The notes under the pieces were generated by a model. The model was not told the origin of the DNA and ran no database searches. It saw nothing but the letters and a program-made list of their open reading frames with translations. From Basidiobolus meristosporus CBS 931.73 (taxonomy: Eukaryota; Fungi; Basidiobolomycota): a DNA stretch of 64,000 nucleotides. The first letter of the stretch is position 1. Each line of letters starts with the position of its first letter. A program made the position numbers and the translations under genes. The stretch lies in the NCBI GenBank assembly GCA_002104905.1, contig MCFE01000302.1:1-64000 (forward strand), written 5' to 3'. This document shows, piece by piece, positions 27,304 through 40,200 of this stretch.

Positions 27304-27831
27304 ATCGCTGTTTTGCAAGGTTGCGCAAACAAAAAACCATGAAATAAAAGAATTTCCCGAGCCTGCACTACATAGGATTGAATGAAGTCAGAGATGTACC
27401 CGGGTATCATCGGTCCTCATGTGGAAAATGTGAACCGATTCATTTCAGCCACCATACCATCCCCTCCCTCATCGGCCCCCGCGAAAGCCGGAAGAATACA
27501 CGTAACTGGTGAGTAAGATTGATTGGTTGCAACTGTATTATTAAGAAACAACGGTATACTTTTGTCGAAGGGTATTTTGCGTAGAGGTCAGACAACATGG
27601 CATGCGACGGTGGGAAGAAGGGAGCAAAAAGATGTGTACAAAGCAACGGAACCCCACCAAGTGATGTTCCGAAAAAAGGGTTCTCGATAGAATAGACAAC
27701 GGGAAATGGCCACTATACATTCATGGATTGCCATGCTTAAATATCAGAGTTTAACGTCACCACGGATGAGTCATGAAACTGGAGGGGGTGAGGGAGAGAG
27801 AGGGAGGGGCGGAATGACAGGAGATGATGGA

Positions 27832-28737
27832 TTAGATGAATAATGCTTTTTTTAGTTTACCTAAACACTTAACCCAAAATCGGGACTTCCGGGGACGGGA
27901 CACACGGGAGGCGGATGGGCGTTGCAAAGTGGGGGATGGGGCGGATCTGGTCGATGAGTCCACTTTTTCCGACTGGACGAGTTCACCGCCTACATTTGGT
28001 TTGGAAGAAACCCCAATCTCGATCAAATTGTCAATATCTAAGGAGCGGTGGTTCAACAAAAATTGGCGCGATTTGCTGCTCAACGGGAATGTATGCCGGG
28101 TGGACAGCACGGGTAGGTTTTCCATATCCATCTCTATGATCTCTGGCCCATTGGTACTTGACTCCGAGGATAGGGACTGCTCGAAGAACCGCTCCACATC
28201 CAAAGTCCGTCGATTGTTCGCAATGGCGGAACGGCTCGGGACCAGGCTGTCAGGATAAGTTCCAATTTGTATTAGGTGATCGATATCCATGATAGGGGGG
28301 CTGGAGAGAGGGCGAGACGAGAGATTGACTGGAGGAATGGACAAGGAAGTTTCGGAGGGAGTCTTGGGAAGGATGTCGGCGCAAGTTAGAGCGGAATCCT
28401 CTGAACTTAGAGAATCTATGGATTCGTTGGAAAGTAAGCCAGGCACCATACTCTCCTTTGTAGTGGCCTGGATGGTAGGGGTGAATGAATCGGCACGGCG
28501 GTAGTCCATTGTATTTTTGCCCAAGGTAACTAGATGGTCAATGTCGAATGGCATGGTGGTGTATTGGGATTTATTCAATCGCGGTAGGGTTTGGGTGGGA
28601 GAGCCTCTTGCGACGGTGTATTTCTCGGTTTCTTGGTGGCCCATATGGAGGATGCTATCGATGTCAACAGCGGGTTGCTGCTCAAAGATATACATGGTGG
28701 GGATTTCTTGCTGGATTTGATGTGATAAAACGGTCAT
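27832..28737 (-). CDS. Hypothetical Ser/Pro-rich disordered protein with repeated DIDxL motifs
   Basis: ~300-codon intact ORF, TATA-like tttatataat about 60 nt upstream of ATG 28737, four copies of the motif. Confidence 0.65.
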   Translation of the reverse strand: MTVLSHQIQQEIPTMYIFEQQPAVDIDSILHMGHQETEKYTVARGSPTQTLPRLNKSQYTTMPFDIDHLVTLGKNTMDYRRADSFTPTIQATTKESMVPGLLSNESIDSLSSEDSALTCADILPKTPSETSLSIPPVNLSSRPLSSPPIMDIDHLIQIGTYPDSLVPSRSAIANNRRTLDVERFFEQSLSSESSTNGPEIIEMDMENLPVLSTRHTFPLSSKSRQFLLNHRSLDIDNLIEIGVSSKPNVGGELVQSEKVDSSTRSAPSPTLQRPSASRVSRPRKSRFWVKCLGKLKKALFI

Positions 28738-30411
28738 TAGATATTTTTCAGCGGGAAGAAAAACTTTCAAAGGGCGACGATGAGATCAAAAAATTATATA
28801 AAGCAAGGAGGCTTGGGGAGGGTGCTTATGTTCAGAATGGAGGAAACAATAGAATATGGTTACAGGAGAAGAAAGAAAGGTTGGCGTTTTAAACGTCAGA
28901 GGGATAGCTTGCTGTGGGGATGCAGTCGTTTTATATTCCCTTGGCGGATCAGTTTCTTATTTCGATCGCCCTGAATCCAAATAGGGTGACCTATTTGATG
29001 TGAAATACTGAATTAGTGTAATTATGTGTTAATTCCATTCAGGTGCCTACAGAGGTAATTACTGATCAGAGAGGTGCAGCTGATGCGCAGAAATCATTTC
29101 ACTTCGATAGAATCAGGAGCAGTGATCTAGGATGGATATTAAGAGTTTGATACTGTAGGTTTCATATTCATTTAATGGGCAGTCAGCAGCCAATTATTAT
29201 CGGCAAGCATGCGTTATCATTGTCATCGAGGATTCCTATTGATCGACCCGAAATAGGTAAACTAAAAATAAGCCAAACTAGTGCTCAGTCAAAGTGTCGA
29301 CGTTGATTGAGATCTAGTGATTCTGAATATGACAGTAGGCGATGTCTCACTCTGCAGCTCGCTGAGGCACCTATATTGATGACAGTTGATAACAGATGGT
29401 GGGCTTTGTAAGCTCACCAGAAGATCCAATATCCCTACGCAAGATCCTCCACTCGTACCAGCCCTAGTGGTTGGTCAATCGGTATCCCTAGTCCGCCTGG
29501 GGCATTAGCCATCGATAGTTGCTACCTATTTGCTTGAGCAATCTAAATAAATTCATTGGTGCACACTATCTCCCTCCTTGTGGACAATGATGCGTGCACC
29601 ACTAGTAGAGATCACACAAAAAACTCGAACCATTCCCGTATCATTGTCGGCAGTGGAGCGTTCCTGCTTGTGGTTGGGATTATTAATGAAGAGCGAAACA
29701 ATCTTGATTTTATTACTCAATGATGATTTAGTAGTACTGCATAGATTCAATCCTGTTGTCTATATAATTTTACTGCGGGAACAATAGGGCGCATATTCCA
29801 GACTTCATATGGCTGCAACAATTAGTGAGAGGGCTTTGTATTTGCAGCTTAGGATGGAGATGCAACAGTACAGGCTGGCAGTACTGACTAATGATAGTCA
29901 CAACGAAACTGTGGTACACCTGGTATCATGTGTAGGTGGAGGGTCAGCGAAACACATCCCTGTAAGTTTTCTAACTTCGCGCCTCTAGAAAGCCATGGCT
30001 CAAGTAACGGAGGCGTTCTCCGACTTCCATGTGGTTCAGTTGCTAATCTCCCCAGCTCCCACGGGATACTTGCCCTGTTCTCTAGATTGGCCAATGTTGG
30101 GATGATGCTAATTGAAGAAATCGCACATCAGCAAACATTAGGCTTCAAATCATATGATCAAAGCGCGCTAGTTGATTGGCCCTCTCCCAAATCATATGAT
30201 TCTCGCAATATTTATACATGAACACGAGCAAAATGTGGTATTTGCGGACAACTGGTTTGTGTTGTTTTTGAAGTGGGTTGCACCAGCTCCACAGACAGCC
30301 CCTGGGTATTCATAGGAGATGGGGAATCGGTTTACCTGTCGGGCGCCTCACTGGCCGGTCAGAACAAAGCCATTAATCGTGTGGTCTCGTATACTCGGCT
30401 AAGTAGCACTC

Positions 30412-31552
30412 TCACGAGCGGATCGCCGAGTGGCATAGGAGGCTGGACCTTGGGAAACCACCCAAGTCCTTCCGAGAAGCCCACCCAATGTTACGCCAAT
30501 TGATTGCCAATTTGATCCGTTTTCGACGCACTGAGCATGATTCTTCTGTTCAGTACGATCAATATGAAGCGTTTAAGGAATCGGTGGTGCAACCCGTGAT
30601 CACACAGAGTCCAGCCATCAATATGAAAGTAGAATGTATATGACTATCTCACCTGATGATCTTTGCCCTTTGCGTGATAGCCATTCCTCGAGTGAACAGG
30701 CCAATTGTTGGGGGTGTTTGACGCGCAACACGTTGAGACGCATTTAAATCTTATGAATGACACGTTGAGGCTACTCATAGATGGACCTGGACAAGCCACT
30801 CTGGGTACGACGAGTATGGGCGGTTGCAAAGGTATTGATTCCGAAACATATTTGGAAAACCCCCGAGTAGCTTGGTAGCTATCAAGACAGCCTGGGAAGT
30901 TTCAAAAGATGTCGAGTGCATGCAAAGCCTCAAACTCCTTTTATGAGGTGAAACAAGTAACGAGAGGTGTGAGAACCATCGGGTTTCGTCAATGTTCCCA
31001 AAGCTTCCTTCCCGGTACAGGTTATTCAGCACTGTCTCATCACAGCATGGTTGATGTGGACAGATTCCTAAACCTTGGATGCTCCTATCTTGGGTCTTAT
31101 GCACCTTTTTCCACAAGAACCACCGAGAAGTCGGCGTCGATCCGTTGGGCAGCTTCTGGGCTTTCCCAGAATTTCTGGGAATTACCAGAATCATGTTACT
31201 CAGCTTTCGGATACCGCCTATGCTGATGGTTTGAATGAAACCGTTTGCCGGGATTGGAGGCGCTGGTAAGATAACGGATTGGTGGTCTTTACCTACGGAT
31301 TTGTTATTTCGAAATGGTACACTTGTTCCACACGGCTGGCCCCCTACACTGAGTAACTTCCAGCCATGGTCTCCGGGCTTGCACTCTACAATAAAGCTTT
31401 GGCTGCAATTGGGCGTTTGCACCTGAGCAGCCGGATAGGGAAATCATAGGATTCTGAAAATCAAGCTTGCTTTGGCCTGATGGGAGTGACATATGCCACA
31501 CGAATATACGGTGGAAGTGACGAAGATTCTCATCTAATTCATTAGTTGCCAT
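30412..31552 (-). CDS. Hypothetical multi-exon gene; exon structure unresolved
   Basis: 215-aa open stretch (30775-31422) plus GT-AG-bounded segments; normal CpG content; no family recognised. Confidence 0.3.
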
Positions 31553-32653
31553 CGATCAACCTTTCTTATTTCTCGATTACCAAGTGGATAGTGTTCCGTA
31601 GTCGGAGTATTGCTATGGCTTGCATATGTTTGCTCTAACACGACACGTTTGGTAACCCGAACGTGTATAAGTCACAGCGATTCCAGTATTTTTCCAGGCG
31701 CGATGTTTATATCATTGAATAGTACTCTCTCTAGTCCTTAAACTCCAACTGATCCAATGCGTGGCAAGTTGATATTCAAATTAACAAGTCAGATGGAGTC
31801 AAGAGAATATGCCCTTCTCACTAGCTGGTACCTAAATACTGCAATTATGTAAATATGTCATTTGTAGAACTTTTGTAGTCAAACAATAAACCCAAGGGAG
31901 GGTGTGCTGTGAAGCGTGCAAAGCTATGACTCTTCAGCCTGTTGCAATTGGCTGTTGAGCATCCAATCTATTCATAAATCGTAAGTTTGTAAGTTTCTAC
32001 ACTCCTATGCTCAATCCAACAATACCTTTGGGGAATTGAAGTCCTAGAGTGCTCTCTGCAGTAACTAGAGAGCTGATCTATATTTTGGCTATATATCAAT
32101 AGCACTACAAACAATAAATTCATAATGCAATATCTCATTTTGTGTCAATGTGGTACTCACTTATTATAAGATTAATGCTTATGCCCCTGACCTAATTCCA
32201 CACACTATCCTTTTATATCTGAGAATGGCTCATGTATTGATGGTCATCTGGTTGCTTAAATGTATCCCAAAGACTGCAAACCATTCACCTAGTTGTTGTA
32301 TTACATATAGTGCTTTGACAGTACTCTCAATAGTTCTACTGATATAACTTCCCTAAGAAAAATCTAGAAACAGCCAGCAGAATGCCATCACAATATCAGC
32401 TGAATTACAAGTTTCTCAAAACTGACATCTTTTAATATCTTGGGTACTTGCTGTTAGCCAGACAAGGTCACATTTTCCAGGATAAGATTACACCAATTAA
32501 AACAATACAAGATTTGGTAATAGGCTGTTCACTACTTCCACCAAAAGTAGCAACTAAAAATCTGAAGAAAAAATACCAGCTGAAGCCAGCTATACACTAT
32601 TTGACACCATAACAACAGGAGCCAGAAATCAGATGAATTCCAAGTTTGAGGTT

Positions 32654-33404
32654 AGACTTGTTCTGATGGATAGTGCCAGCTAGTTTATAGTGCCAGATAG
32701 ATCTGGCTCTATAATATCTACCATGATGCCAGTGGTAGGACACAGTTACTAGTAATTCTGCACAATCTTACTTATATTGCTCAGAATAATGCTTTTCTTG
32801 CTTTATTAACTCTTCATAATGCTCCAGACACATTACTCTCACAGCATGTCTTCCTGTATAAGTACACTGCATATTAATAAATATCTTACTATTTTACCTA
32901 TTCTGCTGTTTTCTCTAGTATATGACTTTCCTCTGTATTTACATGCCAATATGATGAGTATCTTTAGATATCCAAATGTATGCTCTACTCTCACTCTGAA
33001 GGATTAAATATTTCATTGTAGTGCTTCTACTTCCTGCTAAGCACACAATTCCTTGGCTTCCTATAAGCTGTGATGCATCCTAATATCTGACAACCCACTC
33101 CTGTATAAGCTAGGTCTGCATTACATTTCTACCCTCTACTGAATTCTGGATGATCCTCTACCCAAAGTGCTTTTACATGCTTACTTCCAGCAAATGGCCC
33201 ACTAAACCAGATGATGTTACCTAGAATGTCAGATAGTGCTTGAAACTTTACACAGTATGCCTTGTATTTGCCAGAATAAAAGTGGCTCTCCCCTCTAGAA
33301 GGTCAGTTAATCCTCATTGGGAAGGTATTCAAAATACTCCTAATATGGAACATGCTGCCAAATACTCTGGGATATGGAATTCAATTGGAGCTTCTGAACC
33401 TAGC
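32654..33404 (-). mobile_element. Truncated Pangu-type PHIS transposon (right end plus 3' part of transposase), degenerate
   Basis: Begins AGACTTGTTC..GGATAGTGCC and continues as the reverse complement of 37457 back to ~36680. Confidence 0.85.
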
Positions 33405-34788
33405 CCCTATCAGAAATAATTAGGTCCCTCAGGTGGATCCAATCCTGATCAACCATCAGGATCCTGCAATGAGACCATGATGATGCTGGCAGCTTGGAAC
33501 TATTAACCCTCTACACAATCTTATGACAGGATTGTGATGGTGTTTTTCTGATTTTACTGCCAAAATAGAGCTAAAACTTGATGGTGTTTTAGCAGTCTTA
33601 TGACAAGAATTGCATGGCATTCCAACAGTCTTGATGCACTCTATATTTATTTGAGCAGACCTAGCTGGCTACTGCATCCAATTGCCTTAAATGGCATGAT
33701 ACTTGACAGTGTTCAGATGGCCTCATTGCAAACCTTTGTTGGCATTATTATGGTAGTGTGGTGGCCTACAATTGGTACTGGATAATGCTATGGTTCCAAT
33801 ATGCCAAATGGTATTTCCTATTTCTACCTCCCCTTGTGACATTCATATTTCCACTGCAGAGTCACCCCTCTCTATTTGCTTACCCACTACTACCATGAGT
33901 ATTTCACATAGAGTTTAAATCAAACAAAACCATGGCCTCCTGGTTACTAACAGCATTTATCTTGCAAGCATATTCTTGATTGCTGCCACTTTTGCCATAA
34001 ATACCTCTTGAATATCTGCAAAGAACTTCTGGGTATTGAGCCAATAGACTTGTTCCATCATACCGTGCCAGGGCACGCGGCGCGATCCGTGGTTGCAAAG
34101 AACGATTGGGCGCAATATTATAGCTACCAGAAGGCAGGATCATTCTTGGACAATTTCACACTATGCGGGACAATCTTGCACACTATGGCACAATCTGACA
34201 CAATGAGGTTGGCGCGGATAATTGCGCCAACTCGTAATGCTTGCATCACGTGCGCGATTGGATACCGCTATAATGGCAGGTAAAATCCGGTATTTGGATA
34301 TGTTTCTTTAATGTAAATGGAAATAAATGTGTATCACACTATAAACTACACTGATACTTACCATTTTGGTTACCCTCACTCCAATTGGATGGTATCTCAG
34401 TGGTTAATTGGTCCAAAAGTATCCTGAAGCTGGCAGCCCCCAATTGGCTCATTGACTACTGAAAAAGCTACCTGATTCGCCATCAAATACCCCATTTTGC
34501 CCATTGAGCAAGTAAATCCCTGATCCTAGTGATTGGGCAAGGTGTCATAGCTAGCACGCAAGCAATCGTGTAGGTGCAAAACAAATCCAATAGCTGCACT
34601 GGTATTACAGATGACGTATATATATGCAGGGTGTTTATTTATAGGGGTTCTGTCTCAAATGTGAGATGACCTTGATATTACTTATATCAAAAATTTGATG
34701 ATCACTGATTTGCGATGGCTCGATTTGGATCGCAAAAAAAAAGGGTTGTCGGGATCATTACAAATGTGAGCGATTCAAAGCAATCGCA

Positions 34789-36030
34789 TCATCTTCTCCT
34801 GGGTTTTTTTCTCACAGGGATTACTACTGAAGCATTTGGTAGTGACTCACTTTGCACACCTATACTACTTCCTGGCTGACTATCATCTTGGCTACTTGTG
34901 TATTTGTAGTCAGTATTTTGCCTCCTAGTTGATGAGTGCGATGCTGCAGCTTGGCCGCGCTGAATTGCTCCGACTGAACCAACTGAACCAACTGAACCGG
35001 CCTGTAGTGCCACACGCTGACGTGTTCTTTTATTTGCCAAGGGCTCCGGTGGTTGAGGCACTTCATGTTGGTCATCATCAGTCAGTTCACCAGAAGTAAC
35101 TTGCTGATGGTCAGGCAAAACGGCACGCGCAGGCACGCCTTGACATGTTGAGATGGCCCTTGGCTGAGTTCAATGTGATGCCGCATGTTGATGCGACTTG
35201 GTCCGCTCCAATGGACTTGTGTCTAAATGAGCAGTTTGGCGAGTTCTGGTAGTTTTGCTCTGAAGCGTGCGCGTTGACTTGACGCGGGGCGTTCTGGTAA
35301 AGGGTGTTGGCGTGGTCTGGACTGACGTGCGCTGGCGCGCTGTGGTTGCAAGAGATGGTAGGGAATCCAGCAAGGCGTGCTGGCGCGATCTGGACAATGT
35401 TACTCGCGGTCTGTATTCTTCCTCCTGAAGCTCACCATCTGATTCCTCAAGGTATTCACTTACCCTCTGTCTGATACTTTGGAGCTGTTGCCTGGATGAG
35501 TCCTGTGTATATTGCTCTTGGAAGCCACTTAGCTCTACTAATATATCACGTAGTACATTAGTCATTTGAGGCAAAAACTCATTCAAAATCTCTTTGGTTC
35601 CCAAAGTTGAGGCACGAACGGATGCGTCCGGCCTGTACTGTGCAAATTGCGCGCGAAATTGTTCCCGCGTGGCTTCCTCGTCAAATCCCCTCACTCTCAG
35701 CTCATTCTTGATTTCAATACTTGTCTTGTTATATATCTTTTTACATACATCGGCTGGCATCTTGATGTAGAACTCATGCCACAGCTTTCTACTCATATTC
35801 TTCCATCTTTGTCAACTCTCTGAGGTATCTAGTTCTGCTAGATTAATCAGTAGTGCCCAAATATCTGTATGAAGGCTCATCATAGACACTTGGGCCATAC
35901 TAAAATCATTTGGCAAGAACTCGAAAGGATCCAACATCGACTTTTCTGGTCCGGACCGCGCTTGTGAGCTGGGGGATGGGTTTTGTCTGGGTTGTACTAA
36001 AGATGAGTTGAGACTTGGTATGGGGACCAT
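34789..36030 (-). pseudogene. Transposon ORF2, putative Myb/SANT-like (trihelix) DNA-binding partner; two in-frame TGAs or introns
   Basis: ORF-track entries 35812-36030, 35170-35796 and 34789-35136 lie in one frame separated by single TGAs; ELRVRGFDEEATREQFRAQFAQYR resembles trihelix domains; ends with NLS-like PVRKKPRRR. Confidence 0.6.
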
Positions 36031-36389
36031 AGCAACGGATTTGGATACTTATACAGCAGTATATTGGCATCAACCTGGTCTTATATGAAATATATATGAA
36101 AACTAAAGTGATTGTTGAATTTTCCATATATTATGCATGATGCATCTCGGATGGCGTTGACATGGATCAGATCACATCAATCGCAGATTTCCTATTTGAT
36201 TATAGACCTATGATTAAAGCATCAATAAAAGTACCAATGCATTGTTTGCGGATGATTTTTGCGACATAATGATGGGATACATGGCAATTGATGGAGATTT
36301 AACCATAATGTGTTAAAAATCAGATAAATAACGCAGATCACGCCAAATCAATTCAAACCGCCTCCATACAATCATCCATCAATTTTAAT

Positions 36390-37274
36390 ATGACTTACTC
36401 ATCTGAATGGTCTTTTCTCATCAATCCCATCACTACCACTGGATTTCCTTTTGACACACTGGAGGAGATCTATTCCAAGTACTGTGGACCATCAACCCCA
36501 ATTTACTCAAGGAGATCCCTTGTTAAGCTTCTCTGCTATTACAAGAACTATTGCCCTACAAGGTTTCATCCCACCATCCATGGCAACAAAAGTCCTAGAA
36601 GCTTTCATTCCCAGCTGACAGCAATGGAGAACCACCTTGCAGAGGGTATGAATGACTTAGAGCAAGCTTGGAATACTAGGTTCAGAAGCTCCAATAGACT
36701 TCCATATCCCAGAGTGTTCAGCAACAGGTTCCATATCAGGAGTATTTTGGATACCTTCCCAGTGAGGATTAACAGACCTTCTAGAGGGCAGAGGCACTTT
36801 TATTCTGGCAAGTACAAGGCACACTGTGTGAAGTTTCAAGCACTGTCTGACATTGAGGGTAACATCATCTGGTTTAGTGGGCCATTTGCTGGAAGTAGGC
36901 ATGACAAAGCACTCTGGGTAGAGAATCATCCTGAATTCAGTAGAGGGGAGAAATGTATGGCAGACTTGGCCTATATAGGAGAGGATTGTCAGAGATTAGG
37001 ATGTATTACAGCTTATAGGAAGCCAAGAAATTGTGTGCTTAGCAGGAAGCAGAAGCTCTACAATGAGATATTTAATCATTTCAGAGTAAGGGTAGAGCAC
37101 ACATTTGGATATCTGAAGAGATTCAGCATATTGGCAGGTAAATACAGAGGAAAGTCATATATAGGAGAAAACAGCAGAATAGGTAAAATAGTTAAGATAC
37201 TTATCAATACACAGTATGTTCATACAAGAAGACATCCACTGAGAGAAATGTGTCTGGAGCATTATGAAGAGTAA
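36390..37274 (+). CDS. DDE transposase (DDE_Tnp_4, Harbinger/IS5-like), intact 294 aa
   Basis: ILDTFPVRINRP, FYSGKYKAHCVKFQ, GPFAGSRHD, MADLAY, FRVRVEHTFGYLKRF catalytic motifs. Confidence 0.92.
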   Translation: MTYSSEWSFLINPITTTGFPFDTLEEIYSKYCGPSTPIYSRRSLVKLLCYYKNYCPTRFHPTIHGNKSPRSFHSQLTAMENHLAEGMNDLEQAWNTRFRSSNRLPYPRVFSNRFHIRSILDTFPVRINRPSRGQRHFYSGKYKAHCVKFQALSDIEGNIIWFSGPFAGSRHDKALWVENHPEFSRGEKCMADLAYIGEDCQRLGCITAYRKPRNCVLSRKQKLYNEIFNHFRVRVEHTFGYLKRFSILAGKYRGKSYIGENSRIGKIVKILINTQYVHTRRHPLREMCLEHYEE

Positions 37275-40200
37275 ATAAAGCAAGGAAAGCACTATTCTGA
37301 GCAACATAAGTAAGATTGAGTAAAATTACCAGTAACTGTATCATACCACTGGCATCATGGTAGAAATTATAGTGCCAGATAGTGCCGTAGAGTGCCAGAT
37401 TGATCCGGCACTATAAACCGGCTGGCACTATGTGGCACTATCCAACGGAACAAGTCTAATATATTCCTTTGCCCTGCTGGATTCTAGTCCCCCTTATAGG
37501 TGCATTCTGGCTCTTGTTTGTGTGAGCTCAGCAATGGATGGTGAGGAAGCTGACTTGTGACCAAGAGAAACCTGGCATACTTTGGTAAAGATATACTATT
37601 AAAAATTGTGTGCTTGTTGTGCCCAAGTCACTTTGCATTAGGCAACTTATTACACACACATTGAGGCTGCTTAGCTTCTCAATGCAAAAATTCTGTCCTT
37701 GCATTTGTATTGCTGGATATGTATATGAATGTTGATGGGGCCTATGAGAAATACACTGGGTAGCAGATACTCTGTAATATCTGGCCAATTCATTCAAATC
37801 TTGCTGGTATCTTGAAGGACTCAATTAGCCTGAAATATCTCAGGTACAACTAGGTGATCAATATAGGGATATTGTTGAAAAGCAGATGTATTACTCCCAG
37901 AGGAAAGCTCTTGCTCCAAAAGATACCATCTTTCCAAAGTTTCTCCAGTTTCTAATTAACTCAATATTCTGCCCAATTGCTTATAGCTTGCCAACTTTGC
38001 TGCAATTGCATGCTTACTTTAGTATGTTCTCTATGTGGGAAGCTGATGCTTATAGTGTTGGTGTTTGTATAATAATAATGAGTGTGAATTATAGAGTAAA
38101 TCCCTGGGATCTCACACATTTGACAGCAATACTATCCATTGTGCCCAGAAAAGCTGGCTATCTTGCCAATGGACAGGGTATCTCCAATGCCAATAATAAT
38201 ATGCACTTTGATATGATGGCTATTTACTGTTATCCTGCTGGAAAGCCTACAAAATTCATCCAACAGTGGATACAGGTAGCTATCCAGGTTAGACAGTGAT
38301 ATGGGCCCAGATACCGGTGAGACTACTATCAGATTTCTGCTCTGATACCATAAGACAGGTGGTAGATTAAGGTTGATGAGAGTCAGCAGCTGGCACAATT
38401 TGCTGGCAGAGTAATTGTTCACTCAGAATCCATCAAGTACCTAGGCAAAGGTATGGTCATACATGCCTTTATAGTAGCCCTTGCATCTTAGTTGTTTGTG
38501 GTGATTGCCATCAAACATATCAAAATGTTTGTGCTTCATTTATGCTGAGTGCAGTACTTCATAGTTTAAAAATATTTGTTGAACTGCATAAGCTTCTCTA
38601 GATGGGGTATTACTGGAATATATCTGGAGTGTGAGCAATATATTCCTTCAATTATGGTTGATTCCTGACAAGTTGTGCACCTTGCAACTATGGCATTTCC
38701 TGATGTCAATGCCATGCAACTGTTGACACTTGCTTGTATCAGAATGGTGTCTGGGTCATATGTTGCCAGCTGCATGATGGTTTCCATTTGTACCACATAC
38801 ATGGTAAGTAACATTCTGGAGTGATTTTAGCAAGAAGCAGGAGTAAATTCTCAAAGCCCCATTACTGATATTAGTGCACATACACAACTTCTCTAGCCAC
38901 AACATTACATCATTCACCAGTAGATGGATTACTGGGCTCACTTGGCTCCATAAAGTATTCTTGGCATTTTTTTCACAGGTATTGTCTCATTGCAAATTGG
39001 GATTTTGCTAGGCTTATATAGTGTAATGTTGTTGGGGGAGATAGGCTCACAATCCATCAATGAGCCTTATTCTTCAGAGCTATTGCTCTGTGTGCTATAT
39101 TCAGAAGGCTATGGTGAGCCTTAAGGCATCACAAACTCACCTGACTCAGTTTGCACAAGGTCATAAATACAGCTAGGTACCTTTATGGAAGTATCAAGTG
39201 GCTGGCAAGATATTGCTGGTACAGTAGTGACTGATGAATGATTAAATATGACTTGTGTTGCAAAACACTGGTTTTGATCCATGTGATACTACCTATGCTG
39301 TCTGCATACTGCATGGCCAAGAAGCTTGTCACAATAGCCACATGGTCTTTTTTCTCTTCTCTGAAGATGTCGGGTCAAAGTGGTCTTCACCCTGGGGCAA
39401 ACAGGCTTAAACTCAACAAAACAATAGACTTGTTCCATATACCATGCCTGAGCATGCGCCACAATCCATGGTTGCAAAGAACAATTGGGTGCAATATTGC
39501 AGCTATCAGTAGGCAGGATTGCTCTTGGAAAATATTACACCATGTGGGACAATCTCTCACACTATGGCACAATCTGACACAATCAGATTGTCATAGATGA
39601 TTGCACCAACTTGTAATGTTTGCATCACAAGCACAACTGGATACCACTATTGTGGTAGGTAAAATCCAGTATATGGATATGTTTCTTCAATGTAAATGGA
39701 AATAAATGTGTATCACACTATAAACCACACTGATACTTACCATTTTGGTTACCAATACTCCAATTGGATGGTATGTCAATGGTTGATTGGTCTAAAAGTA
39801 TCCTGAAGCTGCCAGCCCCCAATTGGCTCAATGGCCAATACACAAGCCACCTGATTTGCTGTCAAATATCCCATTTTGCCCATTGAGCAAGTGAATCCCT
39901 GATCATAGTTATTGGACAAGGTGTTGTAGCAAGCACATAACCAATTGTGTAGGTGCAAATCAGATCAAGTAGTTGCACTGGCATTACAGATGATGTATAC
40001 ATATGCATGGTGTTTATTATATGGGCTCTGTCTCAAATATGAGACCACATTGATATTACTTATAACAAAAATTGGCATAGCCCTTGTTTGAGCTTGATGT
40101 AATGTTACATATTGACACAACTTGACCTGCTCAAACAAACTTGTGTCTAAATGAGCAGTTTGGTGAGCTCTGGTAGTTTTGCTCTGAAGCACACACATTG

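Larger units (their letters stand above)
34046..37457 (+). mobile_element. Full-length 3412-bp PHIS (PIF/Harbinger superfamily), Pangu-type DNA transposon
   Basis: TIR AGACTTGTTCC...GGAACAAGTCT, AAT duplication at 34043-34045 and 37458-37460, subterminal TAGTGCC/GGCACTA repeats, two divergent ORFs. Confidence 0.9.

Noticed and set aside
1492-28892. Antisense and alternate-frame ORFs over RPS4, RPL9, NPT1, GUA1, SUI3, the repeat protein and the 27.8-kb gene
   Set aside because: Shadow ORFs expected from codon bias in real genes; no independent motifs.
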